Origin: an uncultured archaeon
GTDB taxonomy: Archaea > Asgardarchaeota > Lokiarchaeia > Sigyniarchaeales > SOKP01
Assembly: GCA_964486045.1 (NCBI GenBank)
Contig: CAZALK010000001.1
Span: 224,001-288,000 of the forward strand
Direction of reading: 5' to 3'
DNA length: 64,000 bases
The notes beneath the pieces are model-generated. The model was not told the origin of the DNA. It saw only the letters and a program-made list of their open reading frames with translations, and did not search any database. The stretch's first letter is position 1; each line of letters starts with the position of its first letter. The position numbers and the translations under genes were made by a program. This document shows, in pieces, positions 1 through 11,283 of this stretch.

Positions 1-285
1 AAATTGTGGAATTTTCCTACATAATTTAATAGCATCAGGTTGTAATCGAGCTGTCCGAATATTAAATCCAAACGGTTTATTGGTATGCTCAACCACATAT
101 TCCATGTTTTTTTTCATTTCTTCTAAGCTGTTCTTCCCTAGAAGGTTAGTATGACTTAAAACACCAAGCCCTCCTGCTTCAGAAACTGCAACACTTAATT
201 TTGTGGTGTAAAAAGGTCCCATAGGAGCACTTAAGATAGGATGCTGAACTCCTAACATCTTAGTTATTTCTGTTTCTATTCCCAT
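1..285 (-). CDS. Nitronate monooxygenase / FabK-like flavin oxidoreductase, N-terminal part (cut by window edge)
   Basis: Hand translation from ATG 285: MGIETEITKMLGVQHPILSAPMGPFYTTKLSVAVSEAGGLGVL...KPFGFNI, typical NMO-family N-terminus. Confidence 0.8.
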   Translation of the reverse strand, partial: MGIETEITKMLGVQHPILSAPMGPFYTTKLSVAVSEAGGLGVLSHTNLLGKNSLEEMKKNMEYVVEHTNKPFGFNIRTARLQPDAIKLCRKIPQF

Positions 286-412
286 TATTTTATCACATTG
301 TAATTTTAATTAAATGTTTGATAGAACGAATTAGGCAAATCCATATTTAAAGAAAAAAAATAAGTATAGAAATTTAAGAGAGTAAGATTTAAGATTATAA
401 TAAAAAAAATAT

Positions 413-1339
413 TTAGTAATTTGCAGATTTATATCCTAGGTCCATAAGCTCTGAGAAAAAATATTCCTTTGATCGTCCGGTTTCTTGTATGTATTTTTTT
501 AGAACGTTTATATCGTTTAACATAGCTTCTGTGCGGATTTTGAGTCCAGTTTCTGATGCAAGGTCTGTAAAAATGAAGAGGATTTCATTTTTTATAGCAT
601 TAAATACAATATCTGCAACAACCTCAGTCGACATTGAATTTGGACCACTGTACAACTGTTTTGCATTATTATACATCTGTAGTCTTTCTTCCATTAGTTT
701 TGGATCTAAGGGGATTTCAGGATTGTTTAAATCTGCCGGACGATTTCTGCCACTATCAATTATTCTCGTATTTACGATCCCAGGTAAAAGGACCGAAACT
801 TTTACTTTGGAATTACTTGCTTTTAATTCCCATGTGAAATTTTCTGAAAGAGCAGTAACTCCAAATTTAGTGATTCCGTATACTCCAAGACCTGGAACGA
901 TACCCGCTGCAGACGATGTATTAACGATATGACAATCCTCATTTTATTTTTCCATAATAGGTAGGAATGTATACATTCCATAGATGACACCCCATAAGTT
1001 GACATCCATAACCCATTTATAATCCTTCATGGTTTGTTGTATTATTGATCCTCCAGCACCAACTCCAGCGTTATTAAACAATAGGTGTACTGAACCGTAT
1101 GTGTCAATGGTTTTCTTAGCTAGTTTTTCAATATCTTCTTGCTTTGACACATCCGTTATTACAGACATAACAGATGCACCTTTAAGCTTCATTTCCTTTT
1201 CCGCTAGATTTAAAGCGTTTTCTTCAACGTCAGCAATGACTACTTTCATACTTTCTGCACAACATCGTTCCGCTATGGCTTTACCTATTCCGCTTGCAGC
1301 TCCTGTAATCACTGCTACTTTATCTTTAAATTGCTTCAT
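413..1339 (-). pseudogene. SDR-family oxidoreductase interrupted by one in-frame TAA (944-946)
   Basis: TGAASGIG and NNAG motifs. Reading through the stop gives IMEK*NEDCHIVNTSSAAG...YGITK, in frame with ORF 413..694. Confidence 0.85.
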
Positions 1340-1525
1340 ATTACTAAATCCTCTATTTTCTCCATATTGATAATACAATTATTAGGAAATTATTTTATTT
1401 ATCAATAATGATTTGATCCATTTCATGATTTTTATGTTTTAAAATAATAAATTCTAATTCTATTCATTAAGGTATATATAAAGATTAAAAAAAATAATGT
1501 AATTTATTTAAAAGCTCAGGGAAAA

Positions 1526-2431
1526 TTATTGATCTTGATAAAGTGGGGATCCTGCTTTCATAAAACGATTCAAGTGACGCATTGAAGCTACAATTTTTCC
1601 TGTTTCTTTTTCTTCTAATGTAGAATCAAGCCAAAAATACTCCGTTTTCCTAGACACTCCAATACAAACGTATTTCCCTTTAACAATGTAAGAAACTCCA
1701 ATAAGTGCTGGTCCGTTAACGTTTCTAAGCTCTGTCGCACCATAAAACGGCACAGCTTTGAATTCATCAGTACTCGTTCGCTCAAAACCCAATGCCATAG
1801 CCTCAAACAGAGCTGTAGGATATAAGATCGCATTTTCCCAAGGAGATTTATCTTTTCCTTTATAATAATCCAGTTGATCAGTTATTCTTCTTAATCCTCT
1901 ATTGGCTGCCTCTTGTGTAAGTAAAACTTCTTTAGAAGGAAGCTCATCCCCTACTTTATTTCGTGATAAAATACATATATCCTCAGGCTTACTATTTTTT
2001 AGTTCTACAGCTTGTAAATATGACGGTTCTTTAGGCGAACCGATTGATACAGTCCCTGTCATTATTTGCTGCCCATTTTTCAATTCAGCCCAGGCTTTTA
2101 CTTGCACATCTTTTGTATCAATTGGTAGTACATCTTCAGTTGCATCTGGGGGTAATTCTATGATTGCTCTTACTTCTTCTTTATCGACTGTTGCAAACGT
2201 GTAATACATACTAACAGTTCCCTGCTCAAACCAACGATTACTAAATATTTTCTGCGCCAAAGGTGCGAACATGCTTAAGTGTATTGTACCTTGTATCGTT
2301 CCACCACGCATACCAACACTTTTGGCTACATCGTCATCGTGAATTGATGTCGTACTGGCTCTAGCAAGATTCTCTGGTGCTCGCCAGCCTCCGAAAATCT
2401 TTCCATCTTTAATTTCAATATCATCTGCCAT
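1526..2431 (-). CDS. Double hot-dog fold protein (MaoC-like dehydratase relative)
   Basis: SIHDDDVAKSVGMRGGTIQG resembles the MaoC hydratase motif; neighbours are acyl-metabolism genes. Confidence 0.5.
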   Translation of the reverse strand: MADDIEIKDGKIFGGWRAPENLARASTTSIHDDDVAKSVGMRGGTIQGTIHLSMFAPLAQKIFSNRWFEQGTVSMYYTFATVDKEEVRAIIELPPDATEDVLPIDTKDVQVKAWAELKNGQQIMTGTVSIGSPKEPSYLQAVELKNSKPEDICILSRNKVGDELPSKEVLLTQEAANRGLRRITDQLDYYKGKDKSPWENAILYPTALFEAMALGFERTSTDEFKAVPFYGATELRNVNGPALIGVSYIVKGKYVCIGVSRKTEYFWLDSTLEEKETGKIVASMRHLNRFMKAGSPLYQDQ

Positions 2432-2674
2432 ATAACATTTACCTATTCTTATTTAATTTTTAAAAATTGATATTATCTAAATAAATATTTTTCAAAAAAC
2501 TAACATATCAATATTTTGTTTAATTCTTAAAAAAATAATCATTTTGGTCTTATCTAATTTAATTAAATAAATCATTAAAAGATGGTAAGTTTCGCTTTAA
2601 AAATTTTATAAATATTATCTATTTAATTATAAGGATAAGTAGAATACTTAAAAAATAAGAAATAAAAAATTTAA

Positions 2675-2779
2675 TTAAAAACCGTAGGTATTGAAGCTAA
2701 AATTTGAATAACTTGCAGATGCTTGTATTCGTTCTATAACTTCATCCATTTTCTTTCCTTCTTCATGAGGTTTGTTCAT
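2675..2779 (-). CDS. Putative 34-aa small protein
   Basis: MNKPHEEGKKMDEVIERIQASASYSNFSFNTYGF*; GTGA SD-like motif upstream; non-random island in an AT-rich intergenic region. Confidence 0.4.
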   Translation of the reverse strand: MNKPHEEGKKMDEVIERIQASASYSNFSFNTYGF

Positions 2780-3137
2780 TTTTTTTTTCACTTTTTTTGT
2801 TTTGTTTATAATTATAATATTGATAGGATTTAATATATAGTTTAGGAATGGAGACTCTTAGTGGACTCTTAGACTATATTTAGATTCCAACTCTAGTATC
2901 ATTTTAAAATAGCTTTGAGACTCATACTATTATTGGATTTAATATTGGTTCATACTAAAAAACCATAAATGGATTTTTAATATCATCTTTTATTTGTGAT
3001 TTCCATTTAAATTAATTATATCAAGAATATATCTTTGCTAAACGACTCAAAAATAAGGTATTCACCCTAATTCTGTATCGTAAAAAACAAAAAAAATTGG
3101 TTTGATTTAAATCTATAATTTTAGACCAATTGTAATT

Positions 3138-4007
3138 ATGACAATCTCAAAAAAAACATCCTATAAAATAGTCATATTAACAAGCGTTTGCTTAGGTTTC
3201 ATTGGAGTTCTCTTATTGTTCTTGTTAAATTCCTCACTGGTCGTTAACGCTTTACTAAATGTTGAAGGTATGGCTCAAGCAACTCTTATCATTTTAGTCA
3301 GAATAATTATTTTATCGATTACAACATATTATTTATTGAAGAAATGGTTTAAACAAGAAGCTCAATATTTTTCAGATATCCCTTTCTTACTCAGCCTATT
3401 TTTCCTCATTCTAACTTTCGGAAAAGCGATTGATATATATTGGGATATGACTTTTAATATTCTAAGTGAGAGCATTGTTCTACTTATGCTAAAAATACGG
3501 TATATTACAATAGTATTGGAAGTTGCACCTTTGATATACTTGGGATTAGAAATATTATTCTTTAGGTTAGAGGATAGATATCAAAAATTAAAAGATAAGA
3601 CATATACAGATAAACTCAGAATTAGACTTATCAGCCTAATGGTAATCATTGAATTAATTGTGATCGTTATGACTCCAGGATATAATACGTTGGCACTCTT
3701 ATTACCTGTTATTGTTATTCCATCATTATTGGGAATAGTATATATTTTCTTTTTAGCGTATCGTCTAAATCGTCTCTCAATTGTAAAACCAAAAATATTA
3801 ACGGTGGGTTTTTTCTTATACTTGATTTCTAATATTCTTAGACCTGTAATGCAAAAAATCCTTGGTGATAATGCAAGTTATATTTCAGTAGTGGAACTAA
3901 TAGACGTATTCGTATTTGTTGTAATATTTTTCGGATTATACAAAAAAGCAGGAGTCAAAAAGGTTCTTTACAATAAAGATATAGTCATAAATCCTACAAG
4001 CATCTAA
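3138..4007 (+). CDS. Polytopic membrane protein (about 7-8 TM), function unknown
   Basis: 289-aa ORF with repeated hydrophobic segments; T-run follows the stop. Confidence 0.7.
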   Translation: MTISKKTSYKIVILTSVCLGFIGVLLLFLLNSSLVVNALLNVEGMAQATLIILVRIIILSITTYYLLKKWFKQEAQYFSDIPFLLSLFFLILTFGKAIDIYWDMTFNILSESIVLLMLKIRYITIVLEVAPLIYLGLEILFFRLEDRYQKLKDKTYTDKLRIRLISLMVIIELIVIVMTPGYNTLALLLPVIVIPSLLGIVYIFFLAYRLNRLSIVKPKILTVGFFLYLISNILRPVMQKILGDNASYISVVELIDVFVFVVIFFGLYKKAGVKKVLYNKDIVINPTSI

Positions 4008-4239
4008 ATTTTTTTTTTTTTATTATAGCTGTAAATATTATTGTTTTAAAAGATTGTAAGGTCTAATTACAAACAAGTATCAAATCCTATTTTCTTACAA
4101 TTATTCGAATTGCATGAAAGATTTTAAAACTGAGATCAAAGAAAAATATTATAATACCAGTAAAAATTAAAAAAATTGATTTATTTGAAGTGTGTAATTA
4201 GACTATAGCATTGCTAGTAAGTATTTAAAATAATAGATT

Positions 4240-5430
4240 ATGGAAATTAGTGATTTTGGTAAAAATTTTTTACTCATTTGCCTACGAATGAACAAACTGA
4301 TAGAGGGATATGTTGACGCTTATTTTGGTCCAAAATCTTTGCTTGAACTTGTAATTAATGAAAGACCACTCCCACTAAAACAATTAATGAAATCGTTGAT
4401 TGATCTTCAAAGTGATTTAAAAAATCAGGGTTTTCCAAGGAGAAGAGTAACATTTCTAGAAAAAACATTAGAAGCTATGAAAGTTTCTTTGGAGGTAAAG
4501 ATTGGTAAAAAAATACCCTACTTAGAGTATATAAATAAACTTTATGATATTACACCTAAAATTATCGATGATTCAATATTTTATGATGCTATTAAAGAGT
4601 TAAATTCATTGTATGATGGTTCTGGCAAATTAATTGATCGTATTATCGCAACAAGAAGTCGAAGAGAAATAACTCAAGAAGAAATAATACCAGCTTTTCA
4701 AAAAGCATTTAATTTACTGCGAAAGCAGACACTGGAGTTGTTTCCTAAAATGTTACCCATAAGTGAAGATATCAATATTAATATTGTTAAAAACCAACCA
4801 TGGAGTGCTTATAATTGGTATTTAGGAGAGTATAAGTCAAGAATTGATGTTAATACAGATCTTCCTGTTCTATGGACTAATATTCTTTCTTTAGTTGCAC
4901 ATGAAGGATATCCAGGACATCACACGCATAACGTTGTTAAAGAAAAATTGCTTTACAATGATAAGAATTGGTTTGAGCATAGTATTTTGTTAATCTCTAC
5001 ACCAGAAGCGGTTATTAGTGAAGGGATCGCCAATACAGGAATTAATGTTTTATTTTCATCTGATGAAATAACCCAAATTGCTTTAGATTATTATTGTGTT
5101 AATCCTCATGATGAAAATTTTGATGTTTTAAAGAGACAAACTAAAATATGGAAGAAGCTTTCTGGTTTTTCAGGTAACTTAGCGATTCATGCACATGTAG
5201 ATGGATGGACAGATGATCAATTAAAACGTTATGGTCTAAGCTTTGGATTTTTACCAGAAAACAATTTAAGCCAGCGGTTAAAGTTTATTCGTGATCCACT
5301 CTGGGCTACATATGTATTTACTTATTATATTGGTGAAATGATGATTAAAAAAAAATTTGGTGAACGCCCTTCTCCCGCTGATTTTAAAATGCTCTTATGT
5401 GATCCAATACTTCCTTCAGATATTGTTTAA
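4240..5430 (+). CDS. DUF885-like zinc metallopeptidase
   Basis: AHEGYPGHH motif, downstream SEGIA and C-terminal YVFTYYIG. Confidence 0.75.
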   Translation: MEISDFGKNFLLICLRMNKLIEGYVDAYFGPKSLLELVINERPLPLKQLMKSLIDLQSDLKNQGFPRRRVTFLEKTLEAMKVSLEVKIGKKIPYLEYINKLYDITPKIIDDSIFYDAIKELNSLYDGSGKLIDRIIATRSRREITQEEIIPAFQKAFNLLRKQTLELFPKMLPISEDININIVKNQPWSAYNWYLGEYKSRIDVNTDLPVLWTNILSLVAHEGYPGHHTHNVVKEKLLYNDKNWFEHSILLISTPEAVISEGIANTGINVLFSSDEITQIALDYYCVNPHDENFDVLKRQTKIWKKLSGFSGNLAIHAHVDGWTDDQLKRYGLSFGFLPENNLSQRLKFIRDPLWATYVFTYYIGEMMIKKKFGERPSPADFKMLLCDPILPSDIV

Positions 5431-5760
5431 AATAAATATCCTTCTCTAGTTAATTATTATTTCTACGTCGTTTAACAGATAGGCTACATATGGGGCAAGT
5501 AATTTTATCTTTTGAAATAAATATAAGTGTATTATAACAGTTTGGGCAAAACATAAATCTAACAAAATCTAACATTTTATCCAAGGTAATTATTTGTTTA
5601 CAATCTTTTGTTATCTATCCTTTTAAACACCGAAAAAAGTTAAAGCATTTCAAGAATTCTTTTGTATTTTTCATCTAGATTTTTCATTTTCGCTCAAGTT
5701 TTTAATTAATGAACATTAAAAAACCAAGAAATATAATTAAAAAATTTTGAAAACAATTGC

Positions 5761-6714
5761 TTATTTAACGTATTGTGGGAATTCTCCTAGCAAAGGATCG
5801 AAAAGTCTTTCATATTCCACTGCCATGCAATGAATTCCAGCAGCTTTAGTACTATTTTTAATTTCTTCGATAAACGGCTTAAAGAATTCAAGATTGATTT
5901 TATCAATCGCAGCGTATTTTCCCGGCTTATTACCTTTATTTTCCTTTTCTGCAGTTTTTAAGGATTTAAGGAGATCTTTAGGGACAGATACTCCGGGAAT
6001 ATAATTATCAAAATACCATGCGATCCCATGAGATTTTAAAGGAAAGATTCCCAGTAAGACTGGTACGTTAAACTGTTCTAGGTCTTTAAGAAATTCTTTT
6101 GCTTGATCGATTTCAAAAGCAGTTTGTGTTTGGATGAAATCTATTCCTTGCTCAACTTTTCGGCCAACTTTAAGAATTTCAGGTTCACGAGGATCACTAT
6201 TAGGATTTGCTACGCATCCAAAATTCATTTCTATTTTTCCCCCTTGGATTTCATTACCTTCATAGTCAGTGCCCTCATCAATCATCATAGACAGCATTTC
6301 AACAAATTGAGTACTATCTATATCATATACTGGACGTGCTTTTTTATGATCTCCTAAGGCTGTATGATCTCCTGTAAGTGTAAGGATATTCTTTAACCCG
6401 AGAACAGAACCTGCTATTACATCTCCAAAAAGGGCTATTCTATTTCTATCTCTAACAGTTACTTGCCATACAGCTTCAACATTTGCTTTTTCTTGAACCA
6501 GATAGCTGGGTACCATCGATGACATATAGGCATCACCCTGTGGACCATCTGTTACGTTAGCAGCTACAATCTTCCCCGTTTTTTTCATCTCCTTTGCAGA
6601 ATGGATTATCTCCTCAAGATTTAAGATTTTTTTTGGTTCAAGTTCCCCAGTAAATACAAAATGACCTTCTTGAACTGCTTTCATTAAATTACTATACGCT
6701 GATCTTTTTGCCAT
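5761..6714 (-). CDS. metF: Methylenetetrahydrofolate reductase, flavoprotein subunit
   Basis: TGELEP, NVTDG, RDRNRIAL, LTLTGD, FIQTQ and GIHCM motifs. Confidence 0.9.
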   Translation of the reverse strand: MAKRSAYSNLMKAVQEGHFVFTGELEPKKILNLEEIIHSAKEMKKTGKIVAANVTDGPQGDAYMSSMVPSYLVQEKANVEAVWQVTVRDRNRIALFGDVIAGSVLGLKNILTLTGDHTALGDHKKARPVYDIDSTQFVEMLSMMIDEGTDYEGNEIQGGKIEMNFGCVANPNSDPREPEILKVGRKVEQGIDFIQTQTAFEIDQAKEFLKDLEQFNVPVLLGIFPLKSHGIAWYFDNYIPGVSVPKDLLKSLKTAEKENKGNKPGKYAAIDKINLEFFKPFIEEIKNSTKAAGIHCMAVEYERLFDPLLGEFPQYVK

Positions 6715-7410
6715 CTATTTACTCTCCTCCTTTTCTTCCTCAATATTTGAATAATCCTTATATATATGTTGATACCCCGGGCTTGTAGAGGTTCTAAAGT
6801 CTCTAGGACCTCTATATTTCGTGAAAAGATCGAGTCTATCAAACTCTTTTAATCGCTGCCAGATGCGTACCCACGCACAAGGGATTGTATATCCTCCTAC
6901 TTCGCACATACTTTGAACCATCCCACCACAAGGACCATTACTTAAATGCTTGGCACATCCCGCACGAGGACAAATACCTCCAGTTTCACCAATTATACAA
7001 TCCCCACAAGTTTCACAATATTCGATGTATCTATTTTGACTATTGTCTTGAACCCCGCCATACATGCTATTTTGAGCAGGATAAGTTAATATCTTAGGAA
7101 GGACATTGTTCATCATTACAACACCAAGACCACATGCCATTGTAATAATTGCTTCAAAGTCTTCTACGTAAGGACGACAAGTTGTGGCAACGATTCTATC
7201 ATCGCATTGTCGTAAAATGGTTATTGCTTTCCATTTTAAGTCTTTCCCTTCATTTCTTGCTTTTAACTCTAAAAGTTGCCCAAGAACTTTTGCTTCATTA
7301 ATTGAACGAGGAGGCTGGCAACAACCATCACAACCAGTAATTAATATTTTATTATATGGCTTTATTAGTTCATATATTTCGTTAATATCTTTTTGTTCTG
7401 TAATTATCAT
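6715..7410 (-). CDS. metV: MTHFR Fe-S/FMN partner subunit MetV (MTHFR_C domain)
   Basis: CETCGDC...CP...CAKHLSNGPCGG...CEV...CAW cysteine pattern; abuts metF. Confidence 0.88.
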   Translation of the reverse strand: MIITEQKDINEIYELIKPYNKILITGCDGCCQPPRSINEAKVLGQLLELKARNEGKDLKWKAITILRQCDDRIVATTCRPYVEDFEAIITMACGLGVVMMNNVLPKILTYPAQNSMYGGVQDNSQNRYIEYCETCGDCIIGETGGICPRAGCAKHLSNGPCGGMVQSMCEVGGYTIPCAWVRIWQRLKEFDRLDLFTKYRGPRDFRTSTSPGYQHIYKDYSNIEEEKEESK

Positions 7411-7496
7411 ATTTTATTACTCTAACATTGTTTGTTGATTATTAATTGTAAATTTTTATCATTTTGGTATATATCGTTAAAAAAACGTTTTTTCTT

Positions 7497-10400
7497 TTAG
7501 GTACTTACAATCTCTTTAACCTTTTCCACAAAATCGGTTATAACCTCTGCAAATCGTTTTCCTTCACTAGCAGAAATCCACTCAAGGCGAAAACGTTCTG
7601 GATTAATTCCTACTTTCTCAAGAATCTCATTGAGCTCTTCATACCGATAAAGGGCATCATAATTGCCTTTCAAATAGTGACAATCTCCGATATGACATCC
7701 TCCAATAAATACACCGTCAGCACCTTCTATAAATGCTTGTAAAATAAATCTTTTTGGAATTCTTCCAGTACACATTACTCGGATTGGTCTAATATTTGTA
7801 GGATATTGAAAGCGACTCACTCCACAAGTATCCGCTCCAGCATAACTACACCAGTTACACAAGAAAGCAACAATTCGAGGTCGTTCATCAATGAAATCTC
7901 CTTTTAATGCCTCTGATATCATTGGTGTCAATTGATCATCTGCAAAATGGCTCATTGTAATTGCTTCCGCTGGACATGCTGCAGCACAATCCCCACATCC
8001 TTTACACAATAAAGGATTGGATTCTGAAACTAAAATATCATTATCAAAGTTTACCCCAATTGCCCCAAAATTACAAACTTCATAGCATTTTTGACATGCA
8101 ATACAAAGAGCGGGATCTACAATTGAAATTAAGGGTTCATTTTCCACGATTCCAGCAATCAATGGTATAAGTGCATGTGCCGCTGCCCCTCTTGCTTGTG
8201 ATATTGATTGTGCAATACTTTTAGGACCGTGAGCAGTTCCAGCAAGGTATATTCCATCGGTTGCAAAATCTACTGGTCGTAACTTAATATGTGCTTCTAA
8301 AAAAAACCCATTTTGGTCACGTGGAACTTTTAACAATTCAGCTAGTTGTCTATTTTCATAAGGATGTAAGGGTGTTGACAGCACAACTTTATCCGCTATA
8401 ATTTTTAGATTTTCTTGAGAAAGCATATCCTTCACCTTCACATCTACTTTACCATTGGTAATATCTACTTCTGGATATTTATTAAACCTAATATAATTTG
8501 CCATTTCTCTAGCCTTCCAATAATATTGTTCTTCTTCAGTACCAACTCTAATATCTCTGTAAAGGGTATAAAGTTTTGAGTTAGGATATTTTTCCTTGGT
8601 ATATATTGTATTCTTGATGGACTCTGAACAACAAATAAGAGAACAATATGAAACTCCTTTATTTGAATCCGTCTGTCTTTGTCCGATGCATTGGATAAAA
8701 ACTATCGTTTCCCCGTCTATTAACTCATTGGTGTGCAATTTTTTAGAAAACTCTTGGTGTGTCATTATTCTGGAGTCTTGTCCATAATAATACCAATTTT
8801 TTGGTTTAAATTCATTCGCACCAGTAGCTAAGACTATTACACCTACATTTATTTTTGTTTCTTTTCCTTGAGTATTATTTTTTATTTTTACATCAAAATT
8901 TCCTATTGATCCTTTAACATCTACGACTTCTGAGCTAATATGGGTTGATATATTGTCAAATTCATTATAACGGGCTATTTGATTTTCTAAAAACTCTTTT
9001 GAGTCTATTTTATCGAAATTTATTTTATTAATCAAGTTGAGTTGACCACCGAGTTTGTCTTCTTTCTCTACTAAGTGAACTTTAAAGCCTTTATTGGCAA
9101 TTTCCATAGCAGCAGACATTCCAGCAATTCCACCGCCAATGATCATACCTTCTCTAACTACTTCTCCTTTGATTTTAGCTTCTTGTTTTAGAAATTTTGC
9201 ACGAGCAACACCCATGCGGATTAAATCTTTTGCTTTATCCGTAGCTTTATCATGTTCGTTCATATGAACCCATGTATCTAATTCCCTGATACTCACAAAA
9301 TTAAAAAGATATTCATTCAAACCAGCTTCTCTAATGGTTTTTTGGAATAAAGTTTCGTGTGTTCTTGGAGTACAAGCAGCAACCACTACACGATTTAAGT
9401 TTAGTTCTTCAATTTTTTCTTTGATGATGTCTTGAGTTAAGCTTGAACAGCTGTATTTATTATCCATTGCAAAGGCTACATCGGGGAGTGTTCTAGCATA
9501 TTCCACTAGTGCTGGAACATCAACATATCTACCAATATTTAAGCCACAGTGGCACACAAATACCCCAATGCGTGGTTTTTCTCTTTCACTTACAATTTTT
9601 AATTTGGGTAATTCGACTTTTTGTTCCTCTTCGCTTAACGGTTCTGCATGAGAACCAGCCAATACTGCAGCTCCACTTGCTTTAGCTACTGAGTTTGCTA
9701 TATCATCAGGACTCTGACAAGAGCCTGTGACGTAGATTCCTTCTCTTGTTGATCTTAAATCTTCTATAGAACTCGGAGTCTTGAAAAATCCAAATTCATT
9801 TATTTCTATTCCAAGTATGTTAGCTAATTCACCACAATCTTTTCGAGCTACTACTGCATTCGCTAACACAACTAAATCAAATTTATCAGTTAAAACTTTA
9901 CCTGTATCTAAATCTTCATGGCTTATAATTAAATTATTAGATTCATGTTCTTCACTAACAACACCAGGGAGACCTCGATAATATTTTACCCCATAATCCT
10001 CTTTAGCTCTGACAACAAATTCTTCTTGATTTTTTCCAATAACTCTGGTATCATTAAAAAAAATTGTAACATCAGTATCAGGAGAATGTTCCCGCGTCAC
10101 AACCCCCTCTTTAATCATATACATACAGCAAAATTTTGAACAATAAGGTCGGTATGATTTATTTCTTGAACCAACACATGCTATAAGCGCAATATTTTGA
10201 GCATGTTTATTGTCAGATGGTCTTAAAATCTCACCCATGGTTGGACCGGATGCGCTAAGCAATCTTTCAAATTGCATCGCTGTAATGACATTTGAATAAT
10301 CTCCATAATGATATCTTGTAATGACACCTGGATCTAGTAAATCTATTCCGGTTGCCACGATTATTGAAGCAACATTATATTCTACTATTTCGTCTTCCAT

Positions 10401-10937
10401 ATCAAAATGAATCGCGTTTGCGTCGCATTCTTTTTCGCACAATCGACATGCATTTTTTGTGAGAAACAAGCATGTTTCTTTGTCAATTACTGCCTTACGG
10501 GGAACAGCTTGAGGAAAAGGAATGTAAACTGCAGTCCGATTCCCTATTTCTTCGTTAAACTCGCTTTTTATTTTTTTCATAGGACATTTCTTTACGCATG
10601 CCTCACATCCAGTACATACCTCAATATCTACGTATCGTGATTTTTTTAGGATTTTAACCCTAAAGTCTCCAGCTTTCCCGGATATATCTTGGACTTCCGA
10701 ATATGTAAGGAGTTCTACATTGGGATGTCGTGAAACTTCAACCATTTTTGGTGCTAAAATACAAATTGAGCAATCCATAGTTGGAAATGTTTTATCTAGT
10801 TGGGTCATTCGTCCACCTATAGAAGGTAATTTTTCAACAAGTATTACCTTATATCCTTGTTCTCCAAGAGTCAAAGCGGCTTCAATTCCACTAATACCAG
10901 CCCCAATAACTAAGATAGAACTCAATTTAACTGTCAT
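7497..10937 (-). CDS. hdrA: Large HdrA-like flavoprotein (two FAD modules plus ferredoxin motifs) fused to a C-terminal MvhD domain
   Basis: IGAGISG...QLDKTFPTMDCSICI; second IGGGIAGM module; IGVFVCHCG; C-terminal FLCNWCSYAGAD...MCTGR...GCHIGDCHY (MvhD). Confidence 0.9.
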   Translation of the reverse strand: MTVKLSSILVIGAGISGIEAALTLGEQGYKVILVEKLPSIGGRMTQLDKTFPTMDCSICILAPKMVEVSRHPNVELLTYSEVQDISGKAGDFRVKILKKSRYVDIEVCTGCEACVKKCPMKKIKSEFNEEIGNRTAVYIPFPQAVPRKAVIDKETCLFLTKNACRLCEKECDANAIHFDMEDEIVEYNVASIIVATGIDLLDPGVITRYHYGDYSNVITAMQFERLLSASGPTMGEILRPSDNKHAQNIALIACVGSRNKSYRPYCSKFCCMYMIKEGVVTREHSPDTDVTIFFNDTRVIGKNQEEFVVRAKEDYGVKYYRGLPGVVSEEHESNNLIISHEDLDTGKVLTDKFDLVVLANAVVARKDCGELANILGIEINEFGFFKTPSSIEDLRSTREGIYVTGSCQSPDDIANSVAKASGAAVLAGSHAEPLSEEEQKVELPKLKIVSEREKPRIGVFVCHCGLNIGRYVDVPALVEYARTLPDVAFAMDNKYSCSSLTQDIIKEKIEELNLNRVVVAACTPRTHETLFQKTIREAGLNEYLFNFVSIRELDTWVHMNEHDKATDKAKDLIRMGVARAKFLKQEAKIKGEVVREGMIIGGGIAGMSAAMEIANKGFKVHLVEKEDKLGGQLNLINKINFDKIDSKEFLENQIARYNEFDNISTHISSEVVDVKGSIGNFDVKIKNNTQGKETKINVGVIVLATGANEFKPKNWYYYGQDSRIMTHQEFSKKLHTNELIDGETIVFIQCIGQRQTDSNKGVSYCSLICCSESIKNTIYTKEKYPNSKLYTLYRDIRVGTEEEQYYWKAREMANYIRFNKYPEVDITNGKVDVKVKDMLSQENLKIIADKVVLSTPLHPYENRQLAELLKVPRDQNGFFLEAHIKLRPVDFATDGIYLAGTAHGPKSIAQSISQARGAAAHALIPLIAGIVENEPLISIVDPALCIACQKCYEVCNFGAIGVNFDNDILVSESNPLLCKGCGDCAAACPAEAITMSHFADDQLTPMISEALKGDFIDERPRIVAFLCNWCSYAGADTCGVSRFQYPTNIRPIRVMCTGRIPKRFILQAFIEGADGVFIGGCHIGDCHYLKGNYDALYRYEELNEILEKVGINPERFRLEWISASEGKRFAEVITDFVEKVKEIVST

Positions 10938-11283
10938 TTTTATTCTGTTGGGTAATGTTGAGATTCAAATTTTTACTAAAAATATATTAATAATTAAAAT
11001 TAATTGCTGTTTTTGAGCCTTATTGTTAATTTAATAAATCACACCAAATAAATAGCATAAATTTGTCAAATTATTGTTTAGAAATAACTAAAAAATAAAT
11101 TTAAATTGAGATGGCTATTTATTTAGATTGGAAAAATTGAAAAGAAATTGATGTTTATAATATATTAAGCATAAATTTGTTATTACCTACGGAATAAAAA
11201 ATTATAATTATTATAATATCTGAATAATAAACCAAATTATAAAATAAAATATAAAAAATTAATTGAGAAAATTGCTTTATTAA

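Noticed and set aside
7497-10937. Selenocysteine in HdrA/MvhD
   Set aside because: The ORF is continuous with Cys codons; no in-frame TGA
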